Of a DNA stretch of 64,000 bases, positions 25,622 to 34,358 are shown in pieces; the stretch's first letter is position 1; every line of letters begins with the position of its first letter. The DNA is from an uncultured Chthonomonas sp. (lineage in GTDB: Bacteria > Armatimonadota > Chthonomonadetes > Chthonomonadales > CAJBBX01), in the NCBI GenBank assembly GCA_903885605.1, contig CAISJD010000077.1, positions 8,490 through 72,489 on the forward strand. Reading direction: 5' to 3'. A program made the translations under genes and the position numbers. Under the pieces are notes generated by a model. That model had not been told where the DNA came from and did not search any database. It worked only from the letters and a program-made list of their open reading frames with translations.

Positions 25622-26812
25622 TCACGCACGGGGCCTCGGCTCGGTGGCGAGGGCGTCTTTCAGCGCCTTGATCAGGCCGGCGCGGATGCCCTCGATGCCG
25701 GCGCCCTCGCCGCCCTTGGTCGTCGGGCTGGGCATGACGCGGTTCGTCAGGAAGATCACGTATGCCCCCGTGGCGTGGTCCATCCAGATCGACGTGCCCG
25801 TGTACCCCGTGTGGCCGATGGAGGCGTGCGTCGGGTCGCCGTCGGCTCCGTCGGCGTAGGGCGGCTTTGTGTAGACCGCCCAGCCAACGCTCCTCGGGCT
25901 CGAAATGGCCGTCGGCGTGGAGACCGTGAAGGCAAGCCGCGCGGTCTCCGGCCGCAGGATCACCCTCCGCCCGTCCATTCCGTCCGCCAGCATCATCCGC
26001 ACGAAGCGCTCCAGGTCCGGGCCGGTGGAGAAGAGCCCTGCGTTGCCGGGGCAGGTGCGCTCCGCCGTGTGGTACCGCGCCAGCGGGTCGTGGATCACGC
26101 CTCGGACCGGCTTCCCGTCGGCCGTGTCCGCCGTCGGCGCGGCTCGCCGGACCTGCGACGGCGTGGGGCGGTAGGTCGTGTCGCGCATCCCCAGCGGACC
26201 CCAGAGGCGCCGCCGCAGCAGGCTCTCGGTATCCTCGTCGGCCACGCGCTGCAGCAGCCCCGCCAGCGTCTGCATGTTGAGGCAGCTGTAGACCATCTTG
26301 GTGCCGGTGGGGTAGGAGAGCGGCAGGTCTGCGTAGCGGCGGAGCAGGGCCGCGTCCGTGGTCTCATCGGGCCGTCGCCCCTTCTCAACCACGGAGAAGC
26401 TCTCGTAGGCCTTGAGGCCCGAGACGTGCGTGGCCAGGTGCCGGAGGGTGACGCCCTCCTTGCCACGAGCCGCGAACTCCGGCAGGTAGCGCGCCACAGG
26501 CTGGTCCAGGTCCAGCGTGCCGTCCTGCACGAGGAGCATGGCGGCAGGCGTCGTGGCCACGACCTTGGTCAGCGAGGCCATATCGAAGGGCGTATTAACC
26601 CGCATGCGTGGCGCCCGAGGCTCGTAGGTCTGCGTCCCGTAGCTCCGGCGGAGCAGCGTCCGTTTGCCCCGGCCCATCACAACCACCGCGCCGGGGTACC
26701 TCTGCTCCCGGATACCCGCCGTCACCATCGCGTCTACCTGCCGCGTCAGTGAGGCCCGCGCCGCGGCCGGGAGTGCCGGAAGGGCGATGGCGATCAGTGC
26801 TGCCAGAAGCAT
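25622..26812 (-). CDS. Serine hydrolase, beta-lactamase/transpeptidase-like (class C-related), secreted
   Basis: Signal peptide MLLAALIAIALPALPAAARA. S-x-x-K nucleophile motif SLTKVV. Later YS.LN-like and HTGYTG motifs. Confidence 0.8.
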   Translation of the reverse strand: MLLAALIAIALPALPAAARASLTRQVDAMVTAGIREQRYPGAVVVMGRGKRTLLRRSYGTQTYEPRAPRMRVNTPFDMASLTKVVATTPAAMLLVQDGTLDLDQPVARYLPEFAARGKEGVTLRHLATHVSGLKAYESFSVVEKGRRPDETTDAALLRRYADLPLSYPTGTKMVYSCLNMQTLAGLLQRVADEDTESLLRRRLWGPLGMRDTTYRPTPSQVRRAAPTADTADGKPVRGVIHDPLARYHTAERTCPGNAGLFSTGPDLERFVRMMLADGMDGRRVILRPETARLAFTVSTPTAISSPRSVGWAVYTKPPYADGADGDPTHASIGHTGYTGTSIWMDHATGAYVIFLTNRVMPSPTTKGGEGAGIEGIRAGLIKALKDALATEPRPRA

Positions 26813-26895
26813 GGGATCTCTCCTCGGTCCATTTGGCGGCGGGCAGGGCGGCCCCGCTCAGGCATGTGGTACCACAATGGCAGGGGGATGCCACC

Positions 26896-28005
26896 ATGCG
26901 ATCCGCGGATGCGGCCGTCTTTGTCGGGTGCGATAGGGGATTGGAGGTGCGGTCGCTGCCGGTGCTGCCTCCGGCGGAGGGGCGCGCCGTGGTGGACCTC
27001 GTGGCCTCCGGCGTCTGTGGGACCGACGTCCACATCCTGGAAGGGGCCATCGGCATACCCGCGCCGTTCATCCCCGGCCATGAGTTCCTCGGCCGTGTGG
27101 CGGAGCTGGGAGACGGCCCGCACGTCGACTGCCTGGGCAGGCCGGTGAAGCCCGGCGACCTCGTGGCCGTGAACGTCATCGAGCCCTGCGGCTCCTGCCT
27201 GCTCTGCGCCACGGGCGGTGCGGCCTCTTGCATCAACCTTATGGCGTCGCTCAGTTATATCGCCGACCCGGATGTGGCCCCGCACCTGCACGGCGGCTAT
27301 GCCGAGGCGACCAACTGCCCCACGCGCTACCTGCAGCTCCTGCCGCCCGGCCTCGAACCCATGGCGGCCTCCGCCTTCCTTTGCGCCGGGCCCACCGTGG
27401 TGCGCGCCATGGCCTACGCGGGCGGCGTGCGGCCGGGCGAGCATGTGGTGGTGATCGGCTCCGGTCCCGTGGGCCTCTTCGGCGTGCTCTGGGCCGCCCG
27501 GCACGGCGCCGCCTCCGTCACGATGATCGGCTCCTCGTCCAACCCGCTTCGCGTTGAGCTCGCCCGTGCGCTGGGCGCCACCACCACGCTGGACATCCGC
27601 GCCTCTTCGGCGGCAGAGCGCCTCGACGCCGTCCGCACCGCGACAGGCGGCGTGGGCGCGGACCTGGTGATCGAGGGCGCAGGTGCGCCTGACGCCTTCG
27701 TCGAGGGTCTCTCGCTGCTCCGTCCGCGCGGCCGGCTGGCGCTGGCCGGGCAGTACTCCGACCGCGGAACGGCCGCGATCGCGCCGCAGCTGCTGACGTG
27801 CAACGCGCTGCAGCTCTTCGGCTCGGCCCAGTTCACCGCCGAGGACCGTGAAGCCTGCTTCCAGTTCCTTCTCTCGGTCCGGGACGCATGGCCCACCATC
27901 CTGCGTTTGGTGACGCATCGGGCGCCTGTGCGCGAGGCCGCGTCGCTGATGGAGGCCGCGCGCTCCGGCGAGGCGGTCAAGGCCCTGCTGGTGGCGGAGG
28001 GTTAG
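26896..28005 (+). CDS. Zinc-dependent medium-chain alcohol dehydrogenase family protein
   Basis: Start at internal ATG 26896. GVCGTDVH and GHEFLG zinc motifs, structural-Zn Cys cluster (CGSCLLC), Rossmann VIGSGPVG. The upstream 96 codons of listed ORF 26608.. overlap the divergent hydrolase and were rejected. Confidence 0.8.
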   Translation: MRSADAAVFVGCDRGLEVRSLPVLPPAEGRAVVDLVASGVCGTDVHILEGAIGIPAPFIPGHEFLGRVAELGDGPHVDCLGRPVKPGDLVAVNVIEPCGSCLLCATGGAASCINLMASLSYIADPDVAPHLHGGYAEATNCPTRYLQLLPPGLEPMAASAFLCAGPTVVRAMAYAGGVRPGEHVVVIGSGPVGLFGVLWAARHGAASVTMIGSSSNPLRVELARALGATTTLDIRASSAAERLDAVRTATGGVGADLVIEGAGAPDAFVEGLSLLRPRGRLALAGQYSDRGTAAIAPQLLTCNALQLFGSAQFTAEDREACFQFLLSVRDAWPTILRLVTHRAPVREAASLMEAARSGEAVKALLVAEG

Positions 28006-28009
28006 GCCG

Positions 28010-28345
28010 ATGACCACCGAACCGCCGGATGGGCCGTGGGTGCAGGTGCTGCTGCAGGGCCGATACGTGGGCGACCCGTCTACCACGATCGGCATCCTGG
28101 AGGACGAGGACCCCGCGTTCGTCTACCTGCGCCTGTCGGACGGCGAGACCATGGTGCTGCCCAAGCAGAATATCGCCCGGATCGTCGCCCTGCCGCCAAG
28201 GGATGATCGACCAGCCGACCGGCTGGTGCGGCCGGCCGAGGCGCCGGATGACACGGATCGGCTGGTCCGGCCGGTCGGCTTCGCGCCTGACGATGAGGCG
28301 CAACTGGCCCGCCCCGCCGCCGTACCGGAGGAGAAGCGACGATGA
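28010..28345 (+). CDS. Small hypothetical protein (111 aa): beta-rich N-domain plus repeat-bearing tail
   Basis: ATG 8 nt after GGAGGG, only 4 nt after the ADH stop. Its stop overlaps the GRE ATG (ATGA). The N-terminal ~55 aa (VQVLLQGRYVGD..IGILEDEDPAFVYLRLSDGETMVLPKQNIARIV) has an Sm/SH3-like alternation. The tail carries DRLVRP twice. Confidence 0.5.
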   Translation: MTTEPPDGPWVQVLLQGRYVGDPSTTIGILEDEDPAFVYLRLSDGETMVLPKQNIARIVALPPRDDRPADRLVRPAEAPDDTDRLVRPVGFAPDDEAQLARPAAVPEEKRR

Positions 28346-30492
28346 GCCTGCCGCAGCACCTTCCCGCCGAACAGCTGGCCGCTGCCACGCTGGCCCTGCA
28401 GGATGCCCGCCCGCACTATGTCGCATCGCTCTGGAGGGCCGCCTCGTTCGCCGAGACGGAGGGGCAGCCCATGCCGCTGCGGCGCGCCCACGCTCTCAAC
28501 GCTGTCCTGTGCCAGTGCGAGTTGCCCCAGACGCGCGGCGAGCTACTGGTCGGCTCGGGCCTGGGCCGCCTGGCCGAGAGCGCCGACGGCCCGGCGCTTG
28601 CCGCCGCCTCCGAGGCGCTGAGGCCCTTCGCCGGACGCCACTTCGGCACGCACTCCGACCACGTCGCGCCGGACTACGCCTCGTTGCTGCGCGACGGCCT
28701 CGGCGGGCTCATGGTCCGCACTCGCGCCGCCGCAGCCGCGCTGCCCCGGGAGCCCTTCACCGCGTCGGAGAGGCACACCTTCCTCGCGGCGGTTATGGTG
28801 GCGCTCCAGGGAGCGCAGGCGTTCGTCGTCCGCTGGGCCGATGCCGTCTCAGCCGCGGACCATGGCCCCTTCGCCGACCTCGCCGCCAGGCAGGAGGCCA
28901 TGCTGCGCCGACTGGCCGTAGAGCCGCCGCGGACCTTCCATGAGGCCTTGCAACTCACCCTCCTCCTGCATCACATGATGCAGCTCGACGACCGCTACGC
29001 CATGGCCCTGGGCCGCGCCGACCAGTTCCTCTGGCCCTTCCTGCGCGATGATCTTGCAACCGGTCGGCTGGACGAGGGCGAAGCCCAGGCCCTCACGGAT
29101 GCCTTCGTCGCCAAGCTCGTGCATCGGGGCGACATCCAGAACGTCTGCGTGGGTGGCCTGACGCCGTCGGGTAAGGACGCCGTGAACCCGCTGAGCCTTA
29201 TGCTCGTCCGCTCCGTGGGCAAGATCAGGCGTCCCGGTCCCAACCTCACCGCCCGCATCGCCTCTTTCTCGCCGGATGCCTTCGTGCGGGCCTGCGCCGA
29301 GTGCGTGCGGACGGGCATCGGCTTCCCTGCCGTCTACAACGACGACGTGCAGGTGCCGGCCCTCGCTGATCAGGGCTACGCGCTGGAAGACGCCCGCGAC
29401 TACTGCTTCGTCGGCTGCATCGAGGCTCACATCCAGGGCAAGCAGGCGCCCTGGGCCGACAGCCGGTTCAACCTGCTGCGCTGCGCCGACCTCGCGCTCC
29501 GCGGCGGCATCGACGGCCTGACGGGCGAGCGCGCCGGCCCTGACACCGGCGAACCGGCCGACTGGGACGCCTTCTATGCCGCGTTCGTTCGCCAGATGGA
29601 CCACGGTCTCGACGCCCACTGCGGTTGGATCTGCGACATGGAGCGGGAGGCGGACGCCCGCGCATTCGACCTGGCCTCGCCCCTCCTCAGCGCCCTGACG
29701 GCCGACTGCATCGAGCGCGGGCTGGACATCAACGACGGCGGCGCCCGGTATGAGGCGAACCATGGCGTGGCGGGCATGGGCATCGGCTCCGTGGCCGATA
29801 CGCTGGCCGCCGTGCGCCGCTTCGTCTACCGGCAATCGCGCTGGACGCTGCCGGAACTGCGCGAGATGCTCGACGCCGACTTCGTGGGTTTCGAGGCCGA
29901 GCGGGCCGTGATGCTGCGCGAGGCGCCCAAGTACGGCAACGACGACGAGGAGGTGGACGGCCTTGCCGTGCAGGTGGCCGCCGACTTCGGCGCCTCGCTC
30001 CTTCGCCGCCGCCTGCCGCGCGGGGGCCGCTTCTGGGGCCTCATGGCCGCGAACGTGCAGAACGTGGCTGCAGGGCTGGAGGTGGGCGCCACGCCCGACG
30101 GCCGCAAGTCGCGCGAGCCCCTCAGTGACGCCGCGTCGCCCTCCTTCGGCCGCGACCGGAACGGACCCACCGCCGTGGCGCGCTCGGTGGCCAAGCTCGA
30201 CTACAGGCTGGCTCCCGGCGGCAACGTGGTCAACATGAAGTTCCACCCCTCGGCGCTGGCCGGTGACGAGGGCGTGGCGGCGCTTGCGGCCCTGATCCGC
30301 ACTTGCTTCGGGCTGGGCGGCGTGCAGCTGCAATTCAACACGGCGGGGGTGGAGATGCTGCGGGCGGCGATGGAGAAGCCACAGGACTACGCCGACCTGG
30401 TAGTCCGCGTGAGCGGCTTCTCGGCCTACTTCACGCGCCTGGACCGCGCCGTGCAGGAGGACGTGCTGGCCCGAACCGAGCATGTTTTCTGA
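28342..30492 (+). CDS. Glycyl radical enzyme (PFL2/dehydratase-eliminase type), short 716-aa form
   Basis: C-terminal glycyl radical fingerprint VVRVSGFSAYFTRL (Gly codon 30415-30417). Cys-loop FVGCIE (Cys 29416-29418, Glu at +2), as in diol-dehydratase/choline-lyase-type GREs. The Cys-to-Gly spacing of ~333 aa matches the family as I recall it. Confidence 0.8.
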   Translation: MSLPQHLPAEQLAAATLALQDARPHYVASLWRAASFAETEGQPMPLRRAHALNAVLCQCELPQTRGELLVGSGLGRLAESADGPALAAASEALRPFAGRHFGTHSDHVAPDYASLLRDGLGGLMVRTRAAAAALPREPFTASERHTFLAAVMVALQGAQAFVVRWADAVSAADHGPFADLAARQEAMLRRLAVEPPRTFHEALQLTLLLHHMMQLDDRYAMALGRADQFLWPFLRDDLATGRLDEGEAQALTDAFVAKLVHRGDIQNVCVGGLTPSGKDAVNPLSLMLVRSVGKIRRPGPNLTARIASFSPDAFVRACAECVRTGIGFPAVYNDDVQVPALADQGYALEDARDYCFVGCIEAHIQGKQAPWADSRFNLLRCADLALRGGIDGLTGERAGPDTGEPADWDAFYAAFVRQMDHGLDAHCGWICDMEREADARAFDLASPLLSALTADCIERGLDINDGGARYEANHGVAGMGIGSVADTLAAVRRFVYRQSRWTLPELREMLDADFVGFEAERAVMLREAPKYGNDDEEVDGLAVQVAADFGASLLRRRLPRGGRFWGLMAANVQNVAAGLEVGATPDGRKSREPLSDAASPSFGRDRNGPTAVARSVAKLDYRLAPGGNVVNMKFHPSALAGDEGVAALAALIRTCFGLGGVQLQFNTAGVEMLRAAMEKPQDYADLVVRVSGFSAYFTRLDRAVQEDVLARTEHVF

Positions 30493-30534
30493 GTCGAAAG
30501 TCGAAAGTCGAAAGTCGAAAGTAGAAAGTGGGAA
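30493..30534. repeat. Heptanucleotide tandem repeat (GTCGAAA)x4 followed by two degenerate units (GTAGAAA, GTGGGAA)
   Basis: Read directly. Starts at the base after the GRE stop codon (TGA 30490-30492), in the convergent gap before the SDR gene. Confidence 0.9.
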
Positions 30535-30558
30535 GGGACGGCCAGGGCCGCCGTGACG

Positions 30559-31371
30559 CTATGCCTTCGGTCCGGACAGGCGCACCTTCAGGTATTGCCG
30601 GGCGATGGTTCGGAAGATGATGGGGAAGGCCTCGGCCAGCACCAGCGTCGCGGCTCCGCCCGGCGCGAAGACGAGCCGCTCTCGGGGCCGTCGAGCGCAG
30701 CGGACCATGGCCCGGGCGACGACCCCGGCGGGCATGGCGCGGACGAGGTGCGTTCCCGTGGGGCCCACCTTGTCGACCATCGCCGCGAAGAAGCCCGTGT
30801 CCGTGAGGCCCGGCATCACCGTGGTGACACCGATGCCTGAGCCCTCTAACTCCGCACCCAGCGACTGCCCCAGCGCGTTCAGCGCGTGCTTGGTGGCCGC
30901 GTAGCCGGCGTTCAGGGGCAGGGCATAGCGGCCGGCCAGCGACGAGACGTTCATGATGTGCCCGCCGCCTTGCCGTCGCATGGGCTCCAGCGCCGCCTGG
31001 CACCCATGGAACGAGCCCACGACGTTGGTCTGCCAGATGGCGTCCAGGTCGTCCTCGTGCATCTCCTCGAAACGCGCCACCATGCCGTAGCCCGCGTTGT
31101 TCACCCAGATGTCGAGCTTGCCCGTAAGGCCCAGCGCCGCGTCGCGGAGTGCCACGACCTGCTCGCGGCAGCGCACATCGGTCGGCACGGCGAGGCACCG
31201 GACGCCTGCGGCCTCCAGCTCGGCGAGGGTCTGTTCCAGCGCCTCGGGTCGCCGTCCTGCGATGACCACGAGGCAACCCGCGGCGCTGAACTCCAGCGCA
31301 CAGGCCCGGCCGATGCCGGACGAGCCGCCCGTGATGACGACGGTGCGGCCCCGCAGGTCACGGTTCGGCAT
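30559..31371 (-). CDS. Short-chain dehydrogenase/reductase (SDR)
   Basis: TGGSSGIGRA cofactor motif, NNAG, catalytic Y-x-x-x-K (YAATK). Confidence 0.85.
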   Translation of the reverse strand: MPNRDLRGRTVVITGGSSGIGRACALEFSAAGCLVVIAGRRPEALEQTLAELEAAGVRCLAVPTDVRCREQVVALRDAALGLTGKLDIWVNNAGYGMVARFEEMHEDDLDAIWQTNVVGSFHGCQAALEPMRRQGGGHIMNVSSLAGRYALPLNAGYAATKHALNALGQSLGAELEGSGIGVTTVMPGLTDTGFFAAMVDKVGPTGTHLVRAMPAGVVARAMVRCARRPRERLVFAPGGAATLVLAEAFPIIFRTIARQYLKVRLSGPKA

Positions 31372-31381
31372 AGGCCTTGCG

Positions 31382-32908
31382 CTACGGCCGAGAGGCGCGG
31401 GTGGTGAGCGACTTCAGCTTCTTGGCCGCCTCGGTCATCTGCCGCTGGGCCTCCATGCGCAGGATGGTGGCCTCCTTGTCGTCGCTGTCTTCCTGCGTCT
31501 CGAGATAGGTGAGCATGGCCTCGCAGGCCTGCGCGCTCAGGGCCGCCGCCTGGGCGTAGAGCGCCTGCGCCGGGATGTAGCCCTGCGGTGGAGGCACGGC
31601 GTTCACGTAGTCGCCGACGGCCGTCAGCGCCGCTTTCTGCGCGCCGACCTCCTTGAAGGCCGTTTCACGGTTCAGGGTGCCCTGCGCGAACTCCTTCCGC
31701 ACCTGCTGTACCCGCGTCAGGGCGTCCGTCATGAAGCCCTCGCAAAGGGTCAGCAGGGAGGCGTAGTCCTGCTCCAGCGCGTCGCCATCGCCGTCGCCGG
31801 TGCGCTCCGCCGCCGCCTTCATGGCTGCGGCGGACTCGGCAAAGGCCCTGCGATGGGCATGGACACGGGCCATGCGGCGGTACGGCAACGCACCCGCTCC
31901 GGAAATCGCCGTCGCCGCCGTGTAGGCCTCCAGGCTCTGCGCCGGCTTCCCGGAGTTCCAGTAGGCGTCACCGATGGCGACCTGTGCCGCCGCATCTTTG
32001 GGGTTGGCCTTCACAGCCTCGGTGTAGGCGGCGATTGCACCGTCCAGGTCGCCGGCGTCCATTAGTGCGTCGGCAAGGAGCCGCCGCAGGTCGCCGTCGC
32101 CCGGAGCCATGGCGACGCCTCGGGTCGCCTCGGCCTGGGCGAGTTGCGCATCGCCGCGCTCCCGCAGGGCGATCACCAGGTCTCGACGCAGGCGTCCGTC
32201 ACGCGGGGAGGCGTCGATGGCGCGGCGCAGGGCCACTACGAGGTTGGCCAGGTCGCCTTGGCGGCGGTATTTGCCCACCAGCACCTCGAACGGGCTCGTC
32301 GCGGGCTCGTGCGCCGGTGCGCCGGGGCCGGTGGGCTTGGGCGTCGTCGGCGCCACGGTCTCGGCGGGCTCAGCCTGTTGGGTGCGCGGCGGTGCTCCGG
32401 TGATCCGTGTGACGATCGAGGTGACGTGGGCGTTGATGCCCTCCAGCAGCGCACCCTTGCGGTTCTTGGAGCGATAGGGCTGCAGGCCGATGCTGAAGGT
32501 GGAACTCCAGCGGCCTTGCGACACGCGCGTCTCCAGGTCGGCCTGGCCTGCCACTCCGTCACGCGTACTCCAGCCGCTCACCATGAGCAGCGCGGCCGCG
32601 CCCAGCGTGTCGGCGGCGTTCCGGGCGGCGTCCTGCGTCACCGGCGGCGCGATGCGCGCGGCGGCGATCTTGTTGGCGTCGATGGCGGCCTTGACGGCGG
32701 GGTCCGTCGGCTTGAGCATGACGATCTGGTACTTGCCCGCCTCCTGGAGGGCGCGCTGCAGGTAGTAGGTCATGTCGACCGCCTCGGCCTTGGCCGGCCG
32801 TACCGCGTCGGTGGCGCAGAGAACCAGGATAGGCTTCGGCTGGGCGGACTGGCCGTGGGCCGGCAGGGCCGTCAGGCATAGGATCAGCGCCGCAAGCGCT
32901 CTTGGCAT
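31382..32908 (-). CDS. Secreted TPR-repeat protein
   Basis: Signal peptide MPRALAALILCLTALPAHG. C-terminal half shows TPR-like A/L/Y periodicity (AIAAYTEAVKANPKDAAAQVAIGDAYWNSGK...). Confidence 0.65.
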   Translation of the reverse strand: MPRALAALILCLTALPAHGQSAQPKPILVLCATDAVRPAKAEAVDMTYYLQRALQEAGKYQIVMLKPTDPAVKAAIDANKIAAARIAPPVTQDAARNAADTLGAAALLMVSGWSTRDGVAGQADLETRVSQGRWSSTFSIGLQPYRSKNRKGALLEGINAHVTSIVTRITGAPPRTQQAEPAETVAPTTPKPTGPGAPAHEPATSPFEVLVGKYRRQGDLANLVVALRRAIDASPRDGRLRRDLVIALRERGDAQLAQAEATRGVAMAPGDGDLRRLLADALMDAGDLDGAIAAYTEAVKANPKDAAAQVAIGDAYWNSGKPAQSLEAYTAATAISGAGALPYRRMARVHAHRRAFAESAAAMKAAAERTGDGDGDALEQDYASLLTLCEGFMTDALTRVQQVRKEFAQGTLNRETAFKEVGAQKAALTAVGDYVNAVPPPQGYIPAQALYAQAAALSAQACEAMLTYLETQEDSDDKEATILRMEAQRQMTEAAKKLKSLTTRASRP

Positions 32909-32928
32909 GTTTGGGTCTCCCGGGTCCG

Positions 32929-34293
32929 CTATCGAATGGCCCGAATGCCGGCCTCGCAGGCCCGAATGCCCTGCTGCGCGGCTTCGGGGCTCTTGCCCGA
33001 AGCAAGCTGCTCCTGAAACGCCTTGATCGCCTCGTTGTAGTGCGATACGGCCTTCTCAGCGTCGGGGATGCGCTGGTAGCAGAGGGCGATTTTCTGGTGG
33101 ATCACCGCTGTGTCGTCGCCGGCGCCGTCGAGGGCGCGAGTGTACTCGCGGGCGGCCTTGGCGAACTGGCCCTGCATCTGCAGGTCCTGCGCGATGGCGC
33201 GCCGGGTCTTCGAGTCCATCGCCGCTGTGGAGCCCGCGCCGACCGGTGGGCGGTTCGGGTTGGCGGGCGCAGAGCCACCGGCAGGGGCCACTTCGATGAT
33301 GATCCTGCCCGGTCCCAGCGGCGCCTGGTTAGAGCCCGCCCTGGCGCCGCCCGGATCGGCAGGTGCGGCACCGTTCTGGCCGGAGTTGCCTGTCTCAGGC
33401 GTGAAGAAGGTTTCGCCGCTCCCGTTACGTCCCGTGGGCTGGGTCCTTCCCGAGCCGCCGAGCGGCGGGGGCTGCACACTTGCGGGCGGTACGGCTCGGG
33501 TGGAGAAGTCCGCCGGGTCGATGGGCGGGGCCGTGCGCGAGTAGGTGGGTTGCAGTCCGGCGGTCGCCGGGCTCTGCGGCGGCAGGGCGGGGCCCGGCGA
33601 GGCCTGCACCGGGGTAGGCGTCGGCGTGGCGGAGGTCTGCACGGGTGCGGCGGGCGGCGTCATGTTCACCCCTGCCGGAGCCGACGCCATCTTGATGGGC
33701 TCCCGAACGCGATTCTCGCGCTGCGACGCCTGCCACCAGACCGTGCCGCTCACCACCATCAGCACCAGGAGGCAGGCCGCCACAGCCCAGACCACGGGGC
33801 TCATGGGGCCCTCATAGAGCGTCGTGGTGGACGGCTCGCGAGTGGGTACGATGGTTCTTGGGGTTATCTGCGCCACCCCGGCGCGGAGCATCTCCAGCTT
33901 CTCCTTATCGTCGAGGCTGTCGGGCTTCAGCCGCAGCACGGCCTCGCGCTCGGCGATGGCCTCGGCGATCTCGCCGCGTTTCTCATGGATGGCGCTGCGC
34001 AAGGCGTGGGCATCGACGCTGTCGGGCGTCAGTTCAAGCGACTCCGTGCAGGCCGCGGCCGCCGCCTCATACTCATGGTGCTCGAAGAGGCGCAAGGCGC
34101 TCCGATGGAGGGCGTCCGCACGCTCCTTCTTCTGCTCGGGGCTCAGTTCCGGTGGCGGCGCACTAGGCGTCGCCTGCGCGGGTTCGGCCGGCGGGGGCGC
34201 GGTCGAGGGCTCCGGCGGCTCCATCGTCCGGCCGCACTGCTTGCAGTAGCGCGCGCTCTCCGGGTTCTTGGTTCCGCAGTCCACGCAGAACAT
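32929..34293 (-). CDS. Zinc-ribbon plus TPR membrane protein
   Basis: N-terminal double CxxC ribbon (MFCVDCGTKNPESARYCKQCG), TPR repeats, one TM helix (VVWAVAACLLVLMVVSGTVWW), a Pro/Ala-rich linker and C-terminal TPRs. Confidence 0.7.
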   Translation of the reverse strand: MFCVDCGTKNPESARYCKQCGRTMEPPEPSTAPPPAEPAQATPSAPPPELSPEQKKERADALHRSALRLFEHHEYEAAAAACTESLELTPDSVDAHALRSAIHEKRGEIAEAIAEREAVLRLKPDSLDDKEKLEMLRAGVAQITPRTIVPTREPSTTTLYEGPMSPVVWAVAACLLVLMVVSGTVWWQASQRENRVREPIKMASAPAGVNMTPPAAPVQTSATPTPTPVQASPGPALPPQSPATAGLQPTYSRTAPPIDPADFSTRAVPPASVQPPPLGGSGRTQPTGRNGSGETFFTPETGNSGQNGAAPADPGGARAGSNQAPLGPGRIIIEVAPAGGSAPANPNRPPVGAGSTAAMDSKTRRAIAQDLQMQGQFAKAAREYTRALDGAGDDTAVIHQKIALCYQRIPDAEKAVSHYNEAIKAFQEQLASGKSPEAAQQGIRACEAGIRAIR

Positions 34294-34358
34294 ATCGCCT
34301 CACTCCTTGGTTCGTGGTCCGTCCAATACTATACTACGTCATTCGTCTCGGACCCGTC

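Noticed and set aside
34294-34358. AT-rich patch with TATAGT / AGTAT-AGTAT upstream of the zinc-ribbon TPR gene, as a promoter.
   Set aside because: A -10-like hexamer is present on the minus strand (reverse complement of 34328-34333), about 35 nt from the ATG. I could not find a matching -35 element, and the genes may simply be co-transcribed with the upstream FAD oxidoreductase. This is too weak to list as a feature.
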